The notes beneath the pieces were generated by a model that was not told where the DNA came from, did not search any database, and was given only the letters and a program-made list of their open reading frames with translations. Shown piece by piece: positions 18,192 to 26,859 of a stretch of 64,000 nucleotides of DNA. The position numbers were made by a program, and so were the translations under genes. Origin of the DNA: a virus (taxonomy: Duplodnaviria > Heunggongvirae > Uroviricota > Caudoviricetes). How positions within the stretch are numbered: the stretch's first letter is position 1; every line of letters starts with the position of its first letter. The stretch lies in the IMG/VR virus record IMGVR_UViG_3300013121_000003, positions 34,674-98,673 of that record. The stretch is one strand, 5' to 3'.

Positions 18192-19861
18192 TTAAATTTA
18201 CTTTCCAAATATTCAACCTTGAGTGAAAGTTCTTTGATTGCTTCGATCAACAGAGGAATCAATTTTTCATATTGAACTGTCAAATAATTTTCACCAGACT
18301 TAGAGACAGAATTACCATCAACGTCTTCAATATCAAATGGAGCCAATTTAACAGCTTCGGGAAGAACTTTTTCAATCTCTTGTGCGATAACTCCGACTTG
18401 TCTAGAGTAATTATGATATCCAAATTTCTCGGCAACTTTATTCTGAGTATAATATACACCACTAATAGAAAGAACTTTGTTCAATGCAGCATCTATTCTT
18501 GAAATGTCTTTCTTGAGACGTTTGTCTGAATAATAAGCAGTAATGTTATTAGTAGCTCGAATTTCACCAGCCGTTGCGGATGCCGATGTTCCGACCCCTA
18601 ATCCACCTGATAAACTTGCATTATTACCAGTCAATTCCCATCGAGCCGTTGTTGCTCCTAAAGCGGTTCCAACAGTATTTGATTCTGGATTTACTCCACC
18701 CGAAGAAGTAATTGCGCCAGAAAAATTACCAGTATTAGCAACTACAACAAATCTGGCAGTTGTTGAACCCAATGTTTGGCCAACAGTATTTGAAGCAGGA
18801 AAGAACCCACCTGAAGAAGTAACTGTGCTCGAAAAATCAGCAACGTTTCCATATAGATAAAATCTTGCTGTTGTTTGGCCTAATGTTGCGCCAACAGTAT
18901 TCGAAACACAATATAATCCGTTTGAAGTCGTTACCGCATTTCCTAGAAGATTGAATCTTGCTGATTCGCCTCCAAGATTGGTTCCGTTGGCCGTGGGCGT
19001 GATATCTCCTGAGAAGTTACCAGTATTGGCATTGAGAATAAATCTCGCTGTAGATGCTCCTAAAGACGTTCCAGAAGTATTTGAATCACAAAAAATTCCA
19101 TTAGAAGTCGTTACAGCATTGGCGAATAAATTGAACCTTTGGGCAAGAGCACCAAGAACTTGTCCAACCGTGTTTGATTCAGGAAAGAAACCTGTTCCTG
19201 AAGTCACTGAACCAGAAAATGTTCCGGCAGCACCCCAAATGATGAAACGATTGGTTGTATTTCCGGCTGTAATCGAGTTAGAAGACGGAAGAACAGAACC
19301 AGTTAAAGTTCCACCAGCCAAGGGAAGATATAAAGAAGCAGCCGAAGTTGCGGCATCGGAAACAGCATTTGAATGTGCAGCAATTGCCGCAGTTTGAGCA
19401 GAAGCAGCCCGAGTATTAGCGGCAATTGCACGATCATATGCATTCTTGACAGAATTAGCGGACGCTGCAATTAGAATTGAAGTATTGGTAACAGAATCCA
19501 ATACCATAAGAATTCCGTTAGCCGTGGAATTGGCTTTGGGAAGTCTGGCGTCATCAATAGTTCCAGAAACAATATCGGCAGCGTCGTGAGTGTGTGAACC
19601 AGAAGAACCGCCGATTGCCCCCCAAGCTCCATTGGCATAACCTTCGAAAGCATTTGTTTCAGAGTTATATCGGAAAACACCATTTGCTCCTGTTGGTCTT
19701 TGTCCTGTATTTCCTACAGGAACAAGAATTCCATCCGTGCCGATGATGTTGAGATTGTACGTTAAAGTTGCGGTATTGATACCGACTTTGGCTTGGTATG
19801 CATAGAATTCAGTGTTTCCTACTGAAATTCCATGATGAACTCTGAAAACTTTTGCTGTCAA
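18185..19861 (-). CDS. Tail fibre with a C-terminal intramolecular chaperone (peptidase S74-like)
   Basis: YYSDKRLKKDI, VGVIAQEIEKVLPEAV, YLTVQYEKLIPLLIEAIKEL; about 7 SNT.G..LG...ARF repeats; TTG start after GGGGAG. Confidence 0.88.
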   Translation of the reverse strand: MTAKVFRVHHGISVGNTEFYAYQAKVGINTATLTYNLNIIGTDGILVPVGNTGQRPTGANGVFRYNSETNAFEGYANGAWGAIGGSSGSHTHDAADIVSGTIDDARLPKANSTANGILMVLDSVTNTSILIAASANSVKNAYDRAIAANTRAASAQTAAIAAHSNAVSDAATSAASLYLPLAGGTLTGSVLPSSNSITAGNTTNRFIIWGAAGTFSGSVTSGTGFFPESNTVGQVLGALAQRFNLFANAVTTSNGIFCDSNTSGTSLGASTARFILNANTGNFSGDITPTANGTNLGGESARFNLLGNAVTTSNGLYCVSNTVGATLGQTTARFYLYGNVADFSSTVTSSGGFFPASNTVGQTLGSTTARFVVVANTGNFSGAITSSGGVNPESNTVGTALGATTARWELTGNNASLSGGLGVGTSASATAGEIRATNNITAYYSDKRLKKDISRIDAALNKVLSISGVYYTQNKVAEKFGYHNYSRQVGVIAQEIEKVLPEAVKLAPFDIEDVDGNSVSKSGENYLTVQYEKLIPLLIEAIKELSLKVEYLESKFKW

Positions 19862-19896
19862 GGTTCCAATATCTCCCCTTGTTTATTGTTATTTTT

Positions 19897-19972
19897 TGGC
19901 GAGGGCTGCTGGATTTGCACCAACTCTTTCGATTTTGGAGATCGACGTGCTCCTGTTAAACACTAAACCGAC
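19897..19972 (-). tRNA. trnW: tRNA-Trp (CCA), 76 nt with encoded CCA end and an imperfect acceptor stem
   Basis: Minus strand GTCGGTT TA GTGT TTAACAGGA GCAC G TCGAT CTCCAAA ATCGA AAGA GTTGG TGCAAAT CCAGC AGCCCTC G CCA. D, anticodon and T arms pair; positions 2:71 and 3:70 are mismatched. Confidence 0.8.
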
Positions 19973-19986
19973 GCATTTAATTTTAT

Positions 19987-20625
19987 TTATGAAGTTAGCG
20001 GTTTTACTAATATAAAAGAACCATCTGGTAAGTATTGTCTTCTCTTTCCTTTTGCGGATTGTGATATCTTATTTCTTAAGTTTTCTTTTTCTTCTTTAGT
20101 TCTATTATTCCAAACAGATTTCATTCCTTTAGATTTTTTCTTTTTTATATCATTTAATTCTTCAATACTTTTATTGTAATAAGTTTTTTTCCAATTTTCG
20201 GAATGTTGTTTTAAATGTAGTTTTCTTGTGTTATGAATTTTTTCATATAATATCTTTTTCTCTTCTTCCGTCATTTTCTGATGTCGTCTTTTACCAACAT
20301 CTGAAAGTTTTTGTCTAGTAATTTTCTTTTCATCTTCTGTAAGAAGAGCGTAAAGATTTCCTCCACGAGCATTTTTACTTATATTATATCCATGTTTTCT
20401 TCGTTCATATGATTGATAAAAATTTATCCAATATTCTTCTGCTTCATCCAATTCTTCTTGAGTTGAACATTCTTGAAGAATTGTTTTTGTAAAATTTTCT
20501 TTACCATATTTTTTAATAGCATTTAAAATTAATCGGCCAGAACCATAATAATTCGGCCGATTTTTAGAATCTTGTCCTACGTATATTTTATTGTTTATAT
20601 TGTTAGTAATTAAATATACTTGCAA
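19987..20625 (-). mobile_element. GIY-YIG (Seg-like) homing endonuclease
   Basis: VYLITNNINNKIYVGQ...YYGSG..ILNAIKKYGKENF..TILQEC...ELDEAEEYWI...GYNI; very AT-rich; TTG start. Confidence 0.9.
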
Positions 20626-20745
20626 TTAAACATCTTTCTTTTTGAACATACCTTTTACTTTTTCAAATAATGTCTTAGCCCATTCTGGTTGTGGAACATG
20701 CCAACCAACAACAAGTCCAACGGCAACACCTACTAAAAATTCCAT
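20626..20745 (-). CDS. 39-aa single-TM membrane protein (not in ORF track)
   Basis: MEFLVGVAVGLVVGWHVPQPEWAKTLFEKVKGMFKKKDV; strong AAGGAG RBS; its stop abuts the GIY-YIG start. Confidence 0.7.
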   Translation of the reverse strand: MEFLVGVAVGLVVGWHVPQPEWAKTLFEKVKGMFKKKDV

Positions 20746-20778
20746 GTTTAAACTCCTTTAAATGTCTTTAGTTTCTTC

Positions 20779-20786
20779 TATTTATG
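20779..20786 (-). promoter_or_regulatory. Late-type promoter CATAAATA
   Basis: tatttatg on the plus strand, about 35 nt upstream of the 39-aa gene. Confidence 0.5.
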
Positions 20787-20789
20787 TTA

Positions 20790-21125
20790 CTAGAAATATG
20801 ATGGAATATATCCTAAATGTTTTGTCAAATATTCCTTTTGTTCTTGAGTTCCATATTTATATATTTGTCTTTTATGAGAATTGTTCAATTTTTGATGTTT
20901 TAATAAGGTGGTATGATGTGAACTATGTTTGAAAGCAATTATAAGATCGTGTTCATCAGAATCTAATTTGTGATTTTTGATTAATTTATCAACTTGTTCA
21001 TCGTCCCCATGATAAGCAATATCGTATTTGTGTTCATCTGACAAATTCGGATCATTTAGACAGTTGTCGATTGTTGGTTTATGACCTTTTCGAATTAAGG
21101 CAGATATGGAATATTTGTCTAGCAT
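20790..21125 (-). CDS. MLDKY-family repeat protein (copy 2)
   Basis: MLDKYSIS...NPNLSDEHKYDIAYHG-type opening; 26-aa period; TAATG overlap with the holin-like stop. Confidence 0.75.
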   Translation of the reverse strand: MLDKYSISALIRKGHKPTIDNCLNDPNLSDEHKYDIAYHGDDEQVDKLIKNHKLDSDEHDLIIAFKHSSHHTTLLKHQKLNNSHKRQIYKYGTQEQKEYLTKHLGYIPSYF

Positions 21126-21586
21126 TACTTGACAGAATCCTTATTCAAAAACCTTGATCCGAAGTAGAAACCAATTATGATGGTGATGATCGAGATCGTT
21201 GTGTCATCCAAAATGATCTTAGTTGCTGCTTCCATGTTCTCAATATTTAAACCAGATTGGAGCAAAACAATGGCTGTTGTTACTTTAACACCATAAAAGA
21301 GAGAGAAACACGAATACGTAATGAAAGGACGAACAGAAGCACGCCAAGTTTCCATCCACGAGTTTCCATATCCAGCGTCAGATTCCCTTGACTTTTGAAT
21401 ATCTGCAAAAGTTTCTTCTATCGTTTTCAGTTCTTTATTGACTTCGGCATTCCTCAAAGAAGCTTCAAGTTTGAGAGTAGCGAGTTGAAGTTCAAACTTA
21501 TACTTCTGTTTCATTTCGAAATAACGAAATATAACTGGAATAGCCGAAGATAAAAGCCCTGCAATGGTTGTCAGAATAACTAACAT
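21125..21586 (-). CDS. Holin-like membrane protein (3TM holin type)
   Basis: N-terminal hydrophobic helix, WMETWRASVRPFITY, C-terminal TM IISIITIIIGFYFGSR-like end. Confidence 0.65.
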   Translation of the reverse strand: MLVILTTIAGLLSSAIPVIFRYFEMKQKYKFELQLATLKLEASLRNAEVNKELKTIEETFADIQKSRESDAGYGNSWMETWRASVRPFITYSCFSLFYGVKVTTAIVLLQSGLNIENMEAATKIILDDTTISIITIIIGFYFGSRFLNKDSVK

Positions 21587-21589
21587 ATA

Positions 21590-21826
21590 TCAATCCATTC
21601 TTCTTAATTTAGCTCTATGTTCTTCATTTCCGGAAAGCGCAATCCATCTTTTTGTTATATAGTCTAGTTCATGTTCGTCTAATAACTTATGTTTTTGAAC
21701 ATTACTTCCAAAAAAAGCTATTTCACGTTTTTCTATATGAGATACATTAGGATTAGACAAACATTTGTCTATCCATCCTGGATGCTTACGAATGATTAGT
21801 TCTACAGATGAATATTGGTCTAACAT
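21590..21826 (-). CDS. MLDKY-family repeat protein (copy 3)
   Basis: MLDQYSSVELI...WIDKCLSNPNVSHIEKREIAFFG; 26-aa period; TAATG overlap. Confidence 0.75.
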   Translation of the reverse strand: MLDQYSSVELIIRKHPGWIDKCLSNPNVSHIEKREIAFFGSNVQKHKLLDEHELDYITKRWIALSGNEEHRAKLRRMD

Positions 21827-22185
21827 TATTTTTTCACTTCTGGTTCAACTTCTGGTTCAATATCTGGCTCTGGTGAAGGCGGAACCTTAAAGGCAACTGA
21901 AGTCAATGTCTCTAGGATTTTCATCTTCTCCTGTCCACGAGAATAAGCCGTGACGCCAACAATCAACATCATTGAGATATGATAAAGGCCACCGGAACCC
22001 AATGTGATTGGATTCCAGGGAACGAAATCATGTGCAGAATAGTATTGTGACTGAAATATGGCATTCATGATTGGAGCTATCAAGAAATCAAATAAACAGA
22101 TTACCAGATAGCTCCATCCCATTGATGGACGCCATAATCGCTGATACCAAGATTTATCAGCTATTTTGGATTGAAATTCATCCAT
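21826..22185 (-). CDS. Second holin-like membrane protein (3TM holin type)
   Basis: WYQRLWRPSMGWSYLVICLFDF, LYHISMMLIVGVTAYSRGQEK. Confidence 0.65.
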   Translation of the reverse strand: MDEFQSKIADKSWYQRLWRPSMGWSYLVICLFDFLIAPIMNAIFQSQYYSAHDFVPWNPITLGSGGLYHISMMLIVGVTAYSRGQEKMKILETLTSVAFKVPPSPEPDIEPEVEPEVKK

Positions 22186-22493
22186 TATTCTTTTTCGATT
22201 TCTTCGTTAATTCGTCCAAGAAATAGTGGAGGGAAATGTGGATGCTCGGCTACACACTTCTTGATCAAAACAGCTTCTTCGCTGGTAATCTTGACTGGTG
22301 CAGTTGCTCTCCATAGCTTTTGTTGAAGCATATAACGATCAAGCTTCTTGTCCATTGTCATCTTCTCACCTTCACCGGCAGGAAGATCAAGAGCATTGAC
22401 AGCAATCGTTCCAAGAGTAATTTCCTTACCCTCTTCATCCTTCATTGGTTCGTTATCACGATTCAGAAGTGACTTGTGTGCATTAAATAACAT
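22185..22493 (-). CDS. Small fibre-region hypothetical protein
   Basis: MLFNAHKSLLNRDNEPM...; GGAG RBS and a GATAAATA motif at 22547-22540 support the 22493 start. Confidence 0.65.
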   Translation of the reverse strand: MLFNAHKSLLNRDNEPMKDEEGKEITLGTIAVNALDLPAGEGEKMTMDKKLDRYMLQQKLWRATAPVKITSEEAVLIKKCVAEHPHFPPLFLGRINEEIEKE

Positions 22494-22519
22494 TTTGTAT
22501 TTTCTCCGTAAGTTAATAA

Positions 22520-23173
22520 TTAAACAGTCCAATCATAGCTATTTATCTGATCAATTGTAGTGATTTCATCCGAATTGATCTTACTAATAACATCAGCTTG
22601 TTTTTCGAAAAGCGCTTTGACTCGGGCAATGATTGCTGCATAGATTGCCTTGAACTGTAGTCCAGTTAAATTGACCACATTTCCAGATACAACGAATGGA
22701 GCAGTATCTTCATCGGCCATTGAGCCAGCAGAACCCATCAAAAGTAATTTGGCACGATCATCTGTTGGAACAGACATTCCAGCAAAAGTCATACCACCAA
22801 CTTCAAGATTCCAACGTTTCTCACCAACATAGGCAATTAGTTTTGCCTTGGCTGCTTCTGGTGAAAGTTGTTCGATAGCAACTTCTGGAACGTTATTATC
22901 AACAATATTTGCGTAGGCATTTAATGTTGATTGAATCTTGTCGGTTACTTCTTGGGAAGTAGGTGCTGGTGTTTGTGAATTATACCAGATTCCCATTACC
23001 CATTGTAGATAATCAGTATCAGTTTCAAACAACGGCTCAAGGTTTTCTGTTTTACCTTGGTTAGCAGCTTCTCTTGTTTGGTTAGATAAAGCTTTCTTTT
23101 CTCCCAATGCCGCCAATTGTTCTGGTGACATTACGAATTCAAAAACTGTATTTCCAATTGTAATTGATGACAT
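22520..23173 (-). CDS. Tail-fibre assembly/accessory protein, DUF4376-like C-terminus
   Basis: KRWNLEVGGMTFAGMSVPTDDRAKLLL...VKALFEKQ; directly downstream of the long fibre. Confidence 0.6.
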   Translation of the reverse strand: MSSITIGNTVFEFVMSPEQLAALGEKKALSNQTREAANQGKTENLEPLFETDTDYLQWVMGIWYNSQTPAPTSQEVTDKIQSTLNAYANIVDNNVPEVAIEQLSPEAAKAKLIAYVGEKRWNLEVGGMTFAGMSVPTDDRAKLLLMGSAGSMADEDTAPFVVSGNVVNLTGLQFKAIYAAIIARVKALFEKQADVISKINSDEITTIDQINSYDWTV

Positions 23174-23192
23174 TTATTTTTCCTTTATATTA

Positions 23193-26100
23193 TTACCATG
23201 TTGAAATAGCAGCACGTTTCCAAGTATCGGTTGCCGTGCAAATATAAGCATAAGAAGAATCCCAACGAACTTCACCAGCCGTTCCGGTATCCGAAGCTGT
23301 TGTTGGAGCCGAAGCAGTTTCTAGATATAGTTTAGCACGAATGAATGAATATGCTGAATCATCCGCTAAACGAACATGAATATCAGTAGTTGATCTTTTT
23401 AGTGCTGGATAAGAAGATGTTGTTCCACCAAATTGAAGCCGACCAAAATCTGCATTAGAACTATCTGCTAAACGAGCAATACCATCAGCAGAACTAGTAA
23501 TTTGTCCTCTTGAACCTCCTGGTGCTCCAAATTGGAACGCATAATTTTCTGAATAGAAAACTGGTGAAACAACTGATGTTCCAAAATATCCAGTTCTTGG
23601 TCTAGTTGCACCAGAAGCACCGATATCATAAGTGTTATCTGATTCAGCTAAAAGATGACCACCAGAACCACTAATTTGCCAGCGATTTGTGTTATTTGTT
23701 TGAAAACTAATTTCATGGCTGGTTGTGGTTCCAATATAAAAAATACCACCAGTTCCGGTTCCTGCTACTTGTGATTGAACAACAAAATTTCCACCACCGC
23801 TTGCAAAAACAGCCAATCTAGCATAATTAGAAGCATCAGTATAAGTCTTATAGATTCTTAGAGTTTGTGCAGATGTAGAATTTCTAAGTGCTAAAACAGC
23901 AGCAGCATCACGAAATAAACGGAGATCAACAGCAGCTTCGGCATTATTATTAGTTCCAGACCAACACAAATCACCGTTTGCTACAATTACAACATGCCCA
24001 CCATTTGAACCAAGTGCACCATCTGTTCTAAGAGCAAAATATGAAGTTGATATAGCAAAACTAAGTCTTAAATAATAATTAGTCAATGCAGATATTGTTC
24101 TATCAGTGCTTACATTTGTAGATGTTAATGATAATGCAGTTTTATACGGATTTACAGTTGAACCAGTAGAACCAGCAGTAGTCGTTTGGAAAATAATACT
24201 TCCACCAGCACCAGTTCCAGTTCCAGCAGAACCACGGAAAATCCAATCAGCACCAGCAGTATTTGTTGTTCCAGAAACTACCGAACCAATTCCAGAATAA
24301 ACAGCAAGTGGAGCGGCAACATCTGTATAGTCAGAACTCTTCAAGAATGGAACGGTAGCGGTATGTGTTCCAGATTGTGAACCAGAAGTATTGATTGCAG
24401 TTCCGCCAACCGTCGCTGCTAATTGGAATGTATTGGTAGAAGCATTTACGACATAATAAGCAGTAGAAGCTGATAATCCTGTTGGAAGAGCACCAGTTGT
24501 TGTCAGGTAAACTCTAGTTCCATTTGATAGACCATGTGAAGTCCAAGTAATTACTCCCGGAGAAGCAATCGTCATCGTTACTGTTGAAGTATATGTTCCA
24601 CGTGATATATAAGTATCACCGGTTCCACCATCAGAACGATTTGAACTTCTCCAAGAAAATATAGCTTGTGCACCAAGTCTAAATTCAGCAGGTCCACCAG
24701 ACCCGGTTGTGTCTCCAATTATCTGATAATGATAACCTACTGCATTAGAACATACACCAATAGTTCTGTTAGATGATCCTCCAATAGCTATGAAATCATT
24801 TATGGTGGTTCCTAAATATTTGATTGTTCCATTAACCCAAATATCTTTTACTCTATAAGAAGAACTTCCAATATCGTAAGTATTATCAGTTCCGGGAATT
24901 AAGTGTCCAGCAGCTTGCATAACCCAAACAAGAGAACTTCCTGTATTTCCACCAGTATGGAAACGCATTTGATCACCATGCAAATGTAATTGTCTGGCGG
25001 TACTTGTTCCGGTTCCAGCGGCTTCAGGTAAAATTTTGAAATCAGTTGCATTATACCAACCAATCAACATTCGAGCATAGTTAGAAGCATCTGTATACGT
25101 TGAATAGATATGTTGAGCTTGATATGTTGTTGAGTTTTTAATAGAAACAGTTCCAGCAACATCTAGAGTTGTTATTGGAGAAGTTGTTCCAATGCCGACA
25201 TTACCGCCAATAAACGCTATGTTTCTAGTAGTTCCAGTTCCAGCAGCTTGAGTTCCTATAGAAAGAACATTGCTTGTTGTGGCCCAATCAAGAACAAATC
25301 TTTCATAGTTGCTTGAATCAGTATATGTATTATAGATTCTAAGTGTTTGTGCAGATGTAGAATTTCTTAGAGCAAGAGTGTTCGCTGCATCCCGCCGTAA
25401 AATAGTATCTGTATTGAATATGAGCGGCATATCATTAAGAATAGAAACTGCTGATGGAGAAACAGTTAGATTTGCAGCATTTTGAGCATAAAAAAACAAT
25501 GATGAACCACTAGAAAACATTCCTTGTGCATCACTGTTTCCTTCAGCAGAACCAAAGAAATCAGAAATCACTCGACCTGATTTCTTGACTGACATTTTTG
25601 AAACACCACCAACTTGCAAATCCATCAATAATGAACCAGAAGCAGAAGCGGTATCAGTTACATTGAATTTCAATCCAGTGAAAGTTACACCAGAAGCATT
25701 CCATGTTTGTGATAGATTCAGGATTGGATTAGAAGTGGTGACGGTTGCTCCGGTCAACGTCAGAGAACGATTGGTTTCGTCCCAAGAACTTCCACCCATT
25801 CCTCCGATAACACCAGAAGCATTGTATTGAACAGAATTGTTGGAACCACCAGCCGAACCAACTGGTAGCCAAGAACTTCCATTATAAACTGTTGCTGAAC
25901 CTGTCGTGGAATTGAATATCAAAGAACCAGCAGAAGGTGAAGCCAAAGCATTCATTTGTGCTGTTGTTAGATTCTTGAGAACTAATCCAGGAGTTGTGGT
26001 TCCACCAAATGAAATATTACCGTTAGAAGAAATATGACTAGAAACACCAAGACTTCCTGATAAAGAAGCAGAACCAGTCAAGGACATTAAACCGTCCTTG

Positions 26101-26255
26101 CTGATCTTGAACATTGTTGTTGAGTTTCTTACGACTTTAATAAGAGAAGAATTGGCATCAGAAGACGTATCGGTAACATCGAGTTTGATGCCATCATATT
26201 CAACTGAACTATTTGACCAAGTGTCTTGAATATTATAGACGTAAGTATTTGCCAT
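23193..26255 (-). CDS. Long tail fibre/spike-like virion protein
   Basis: 1020 aa, S/T/G/N-rich; internal repeats LALRNSTSAQTLRIY.TYTD.SNY; C-terminal GEVRWDSSYAYICTATDTWKRAAISTW. Confidence 0.75.
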   Translation of the reverse strand: MANTYVYNIQDTWSNSSVEYDGIKLDVTDTSSDANSSLIKVVRNSTTMFKISKDGLMSLTGSASLSGSLGVSSHISSNGNISFGGTTTPGLVLKNLTTAQMNALASPSAGSLIFNSTTGSATVYNGSSWLPVGSAGGSNNSVQYNASGVIGGMGGSSWDETNRSLTLTGATVTTSNPILNLSQTWNASGVTFTGLKFNVTDTASASGSLLMDLQVGGVSKMSVKKSGRVISDFFGSAEGNSDAQGMFSSGSSLFFYAQNAANLTVSPSAVSILNDMPLIFNTDTILRRDAANTLALRNSTSAQTLRIYNTYTDSSNYERFVLDWATTSNVLSIGTQAAGTGTTRNIAFIGGNVGIGTTSPITTLDVAGTVSIKNSTTYQAQHIYSTYTDASNYARMLIGWYNATDFKILPEAAGTGTSTARQLHLHGDQMRFHTGGNTGSSLVWVMQAAGHLIPGTDNTYDIGSSSYRVKDIWVNGTIKYLGTTINDFIAIGGSSNRTIGVCSNAVGYHYQIIGDTTGSGGPAEFRLGAQAIFSWRSSNRSDGGTGDTYISRGTYTSTVTMTIASPGVITWTSHGLSNGTRVYLTTTGALPTGLSASTAYYVVNASTNTFQLAATVGGTAINTSGSQSGTHTATVPFLKSSDYTDVAAPLAVYSGIGSVVSGTTNTAGADWIFRGSAGTGTGAGGSIIFQTTTAGSTGSTVNPYKTALSLTSTNVSTDRTISALTNYYLRLSFAISTSYFALRTDGALGSNGGHVVIVANGDLCWSGTNNNAEAAVDLRLFRDAAAVLALRNSTSAQTLRIYKTYTDASNYARLAVFASGGGNFVVQSQVAGTGTGGIFYIGTTTSHEISFQTNNTNRWQISGSGGHLLAESDNTYDIGASGATRPRTGYFGTSVVSPVFYSENYAFQFGAPGGSRGQITSSADGIARLADSSNADFGRLQFGGTTSSYPALKRSTTDIHVRLADDSAYSFIRAKLYLETASAPTTASDTGTAGEVRWDSSYAYICTATDTWKRAAISTW

Positions 26256-26294
26256 TTATTAAGAAGTCTCCTAGATTTAATAGTTCATGGCAAA

Positions 26295-26507
26295 TTAAGT
26301 AATCACAACGGTTTTTCTACTTAGGTCAGTTATAACCCGAGCGTTTCGAGTAACAATATAATTTCCATTCCTATCTAAAATGAAATCTCCATTCCTATTT
26401 AATAGATATCCATTTTCTGATGAATAGGTAATACGATAAGATGGTCGATTGGAACTTTCTCCAATCACAACCGTTTTGATAGGGGTATTTGAAAGTGTTA
26501 CTCGCAT
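26295..26507 (-). CDS. Small virion-region hypothetical protein
   Basis: 70 aa with LLNRNGDFILDRNGNYIVTR; late-type motifs at 26526-26537. Confidence 0.5.
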   Translation of the reverse strand: MRVTLSNTPIKTVVIGESSNRPSYRITYSSENGYLLNRNGDFILDRNGNYIVTRNARVITDLSRKTVVIT

Positions 26508-26532
26508 CCGATTTCTCCTATCGGATATTTAT

Positions 26533-26859
26533 TTATCGAGTAACTTCGGGAGAAACAGTTACCATTCCTGATAAAACTCTCTTGACAGTTCCATCAACGT
26601 TATTTGTAATCTGTATATCATAAACATAAAGTCCATGAGAAATATTGGCGGTTGTAGTTGCGTTCATCGTAAAATAGAGTTCACCGTCCGATAAGGTAAT
26701 GTCGAAATCATAAGCAGTATTTGAAGTCCAGTGTTTCCGAACTTGACCAGTTCCAGTCCAGCCTGAAACCTCAAATTCTGAACCATCAGAATCAAGAATT
26801 GTAATTGTCTTGGTGAATGTTGCGCCTTGTTCTATTTCTATATTAAGTTTCTGAGACAT
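26533..26859 (-). CDS. Small Ig-like virion protein (BppU N-terminal-like)
   Basis: IEIEQGATFTKTITILD, GQVRKHW, GLYVYDIQIT, KRVLSGMVTVSPEVTR. Confidence 0.65.
   Translation of the reverse strand: MSQKLNIEIEQGATFTKTITILDSDGSEFEVSGWTGTGQVRKHWTSNTAYDFDITLSDGELYFTMNATTTANISHGLYVYDIQITNNVDGTVKRVLSGMVTVSPEVTR

Noticed and set aside
18543-19397. Plus-strand ORFs with repeated PEKLPV motifs
   Set aside because: Mirror of the repeats in the minus-strand tail fibre
19897-19972. Stop-codon reassignment suggested by the tRNA
   Set aside because: The anticodon is the standard Trp CCA, and core genes translate full length with TAA, TAG and TGA all used as stops
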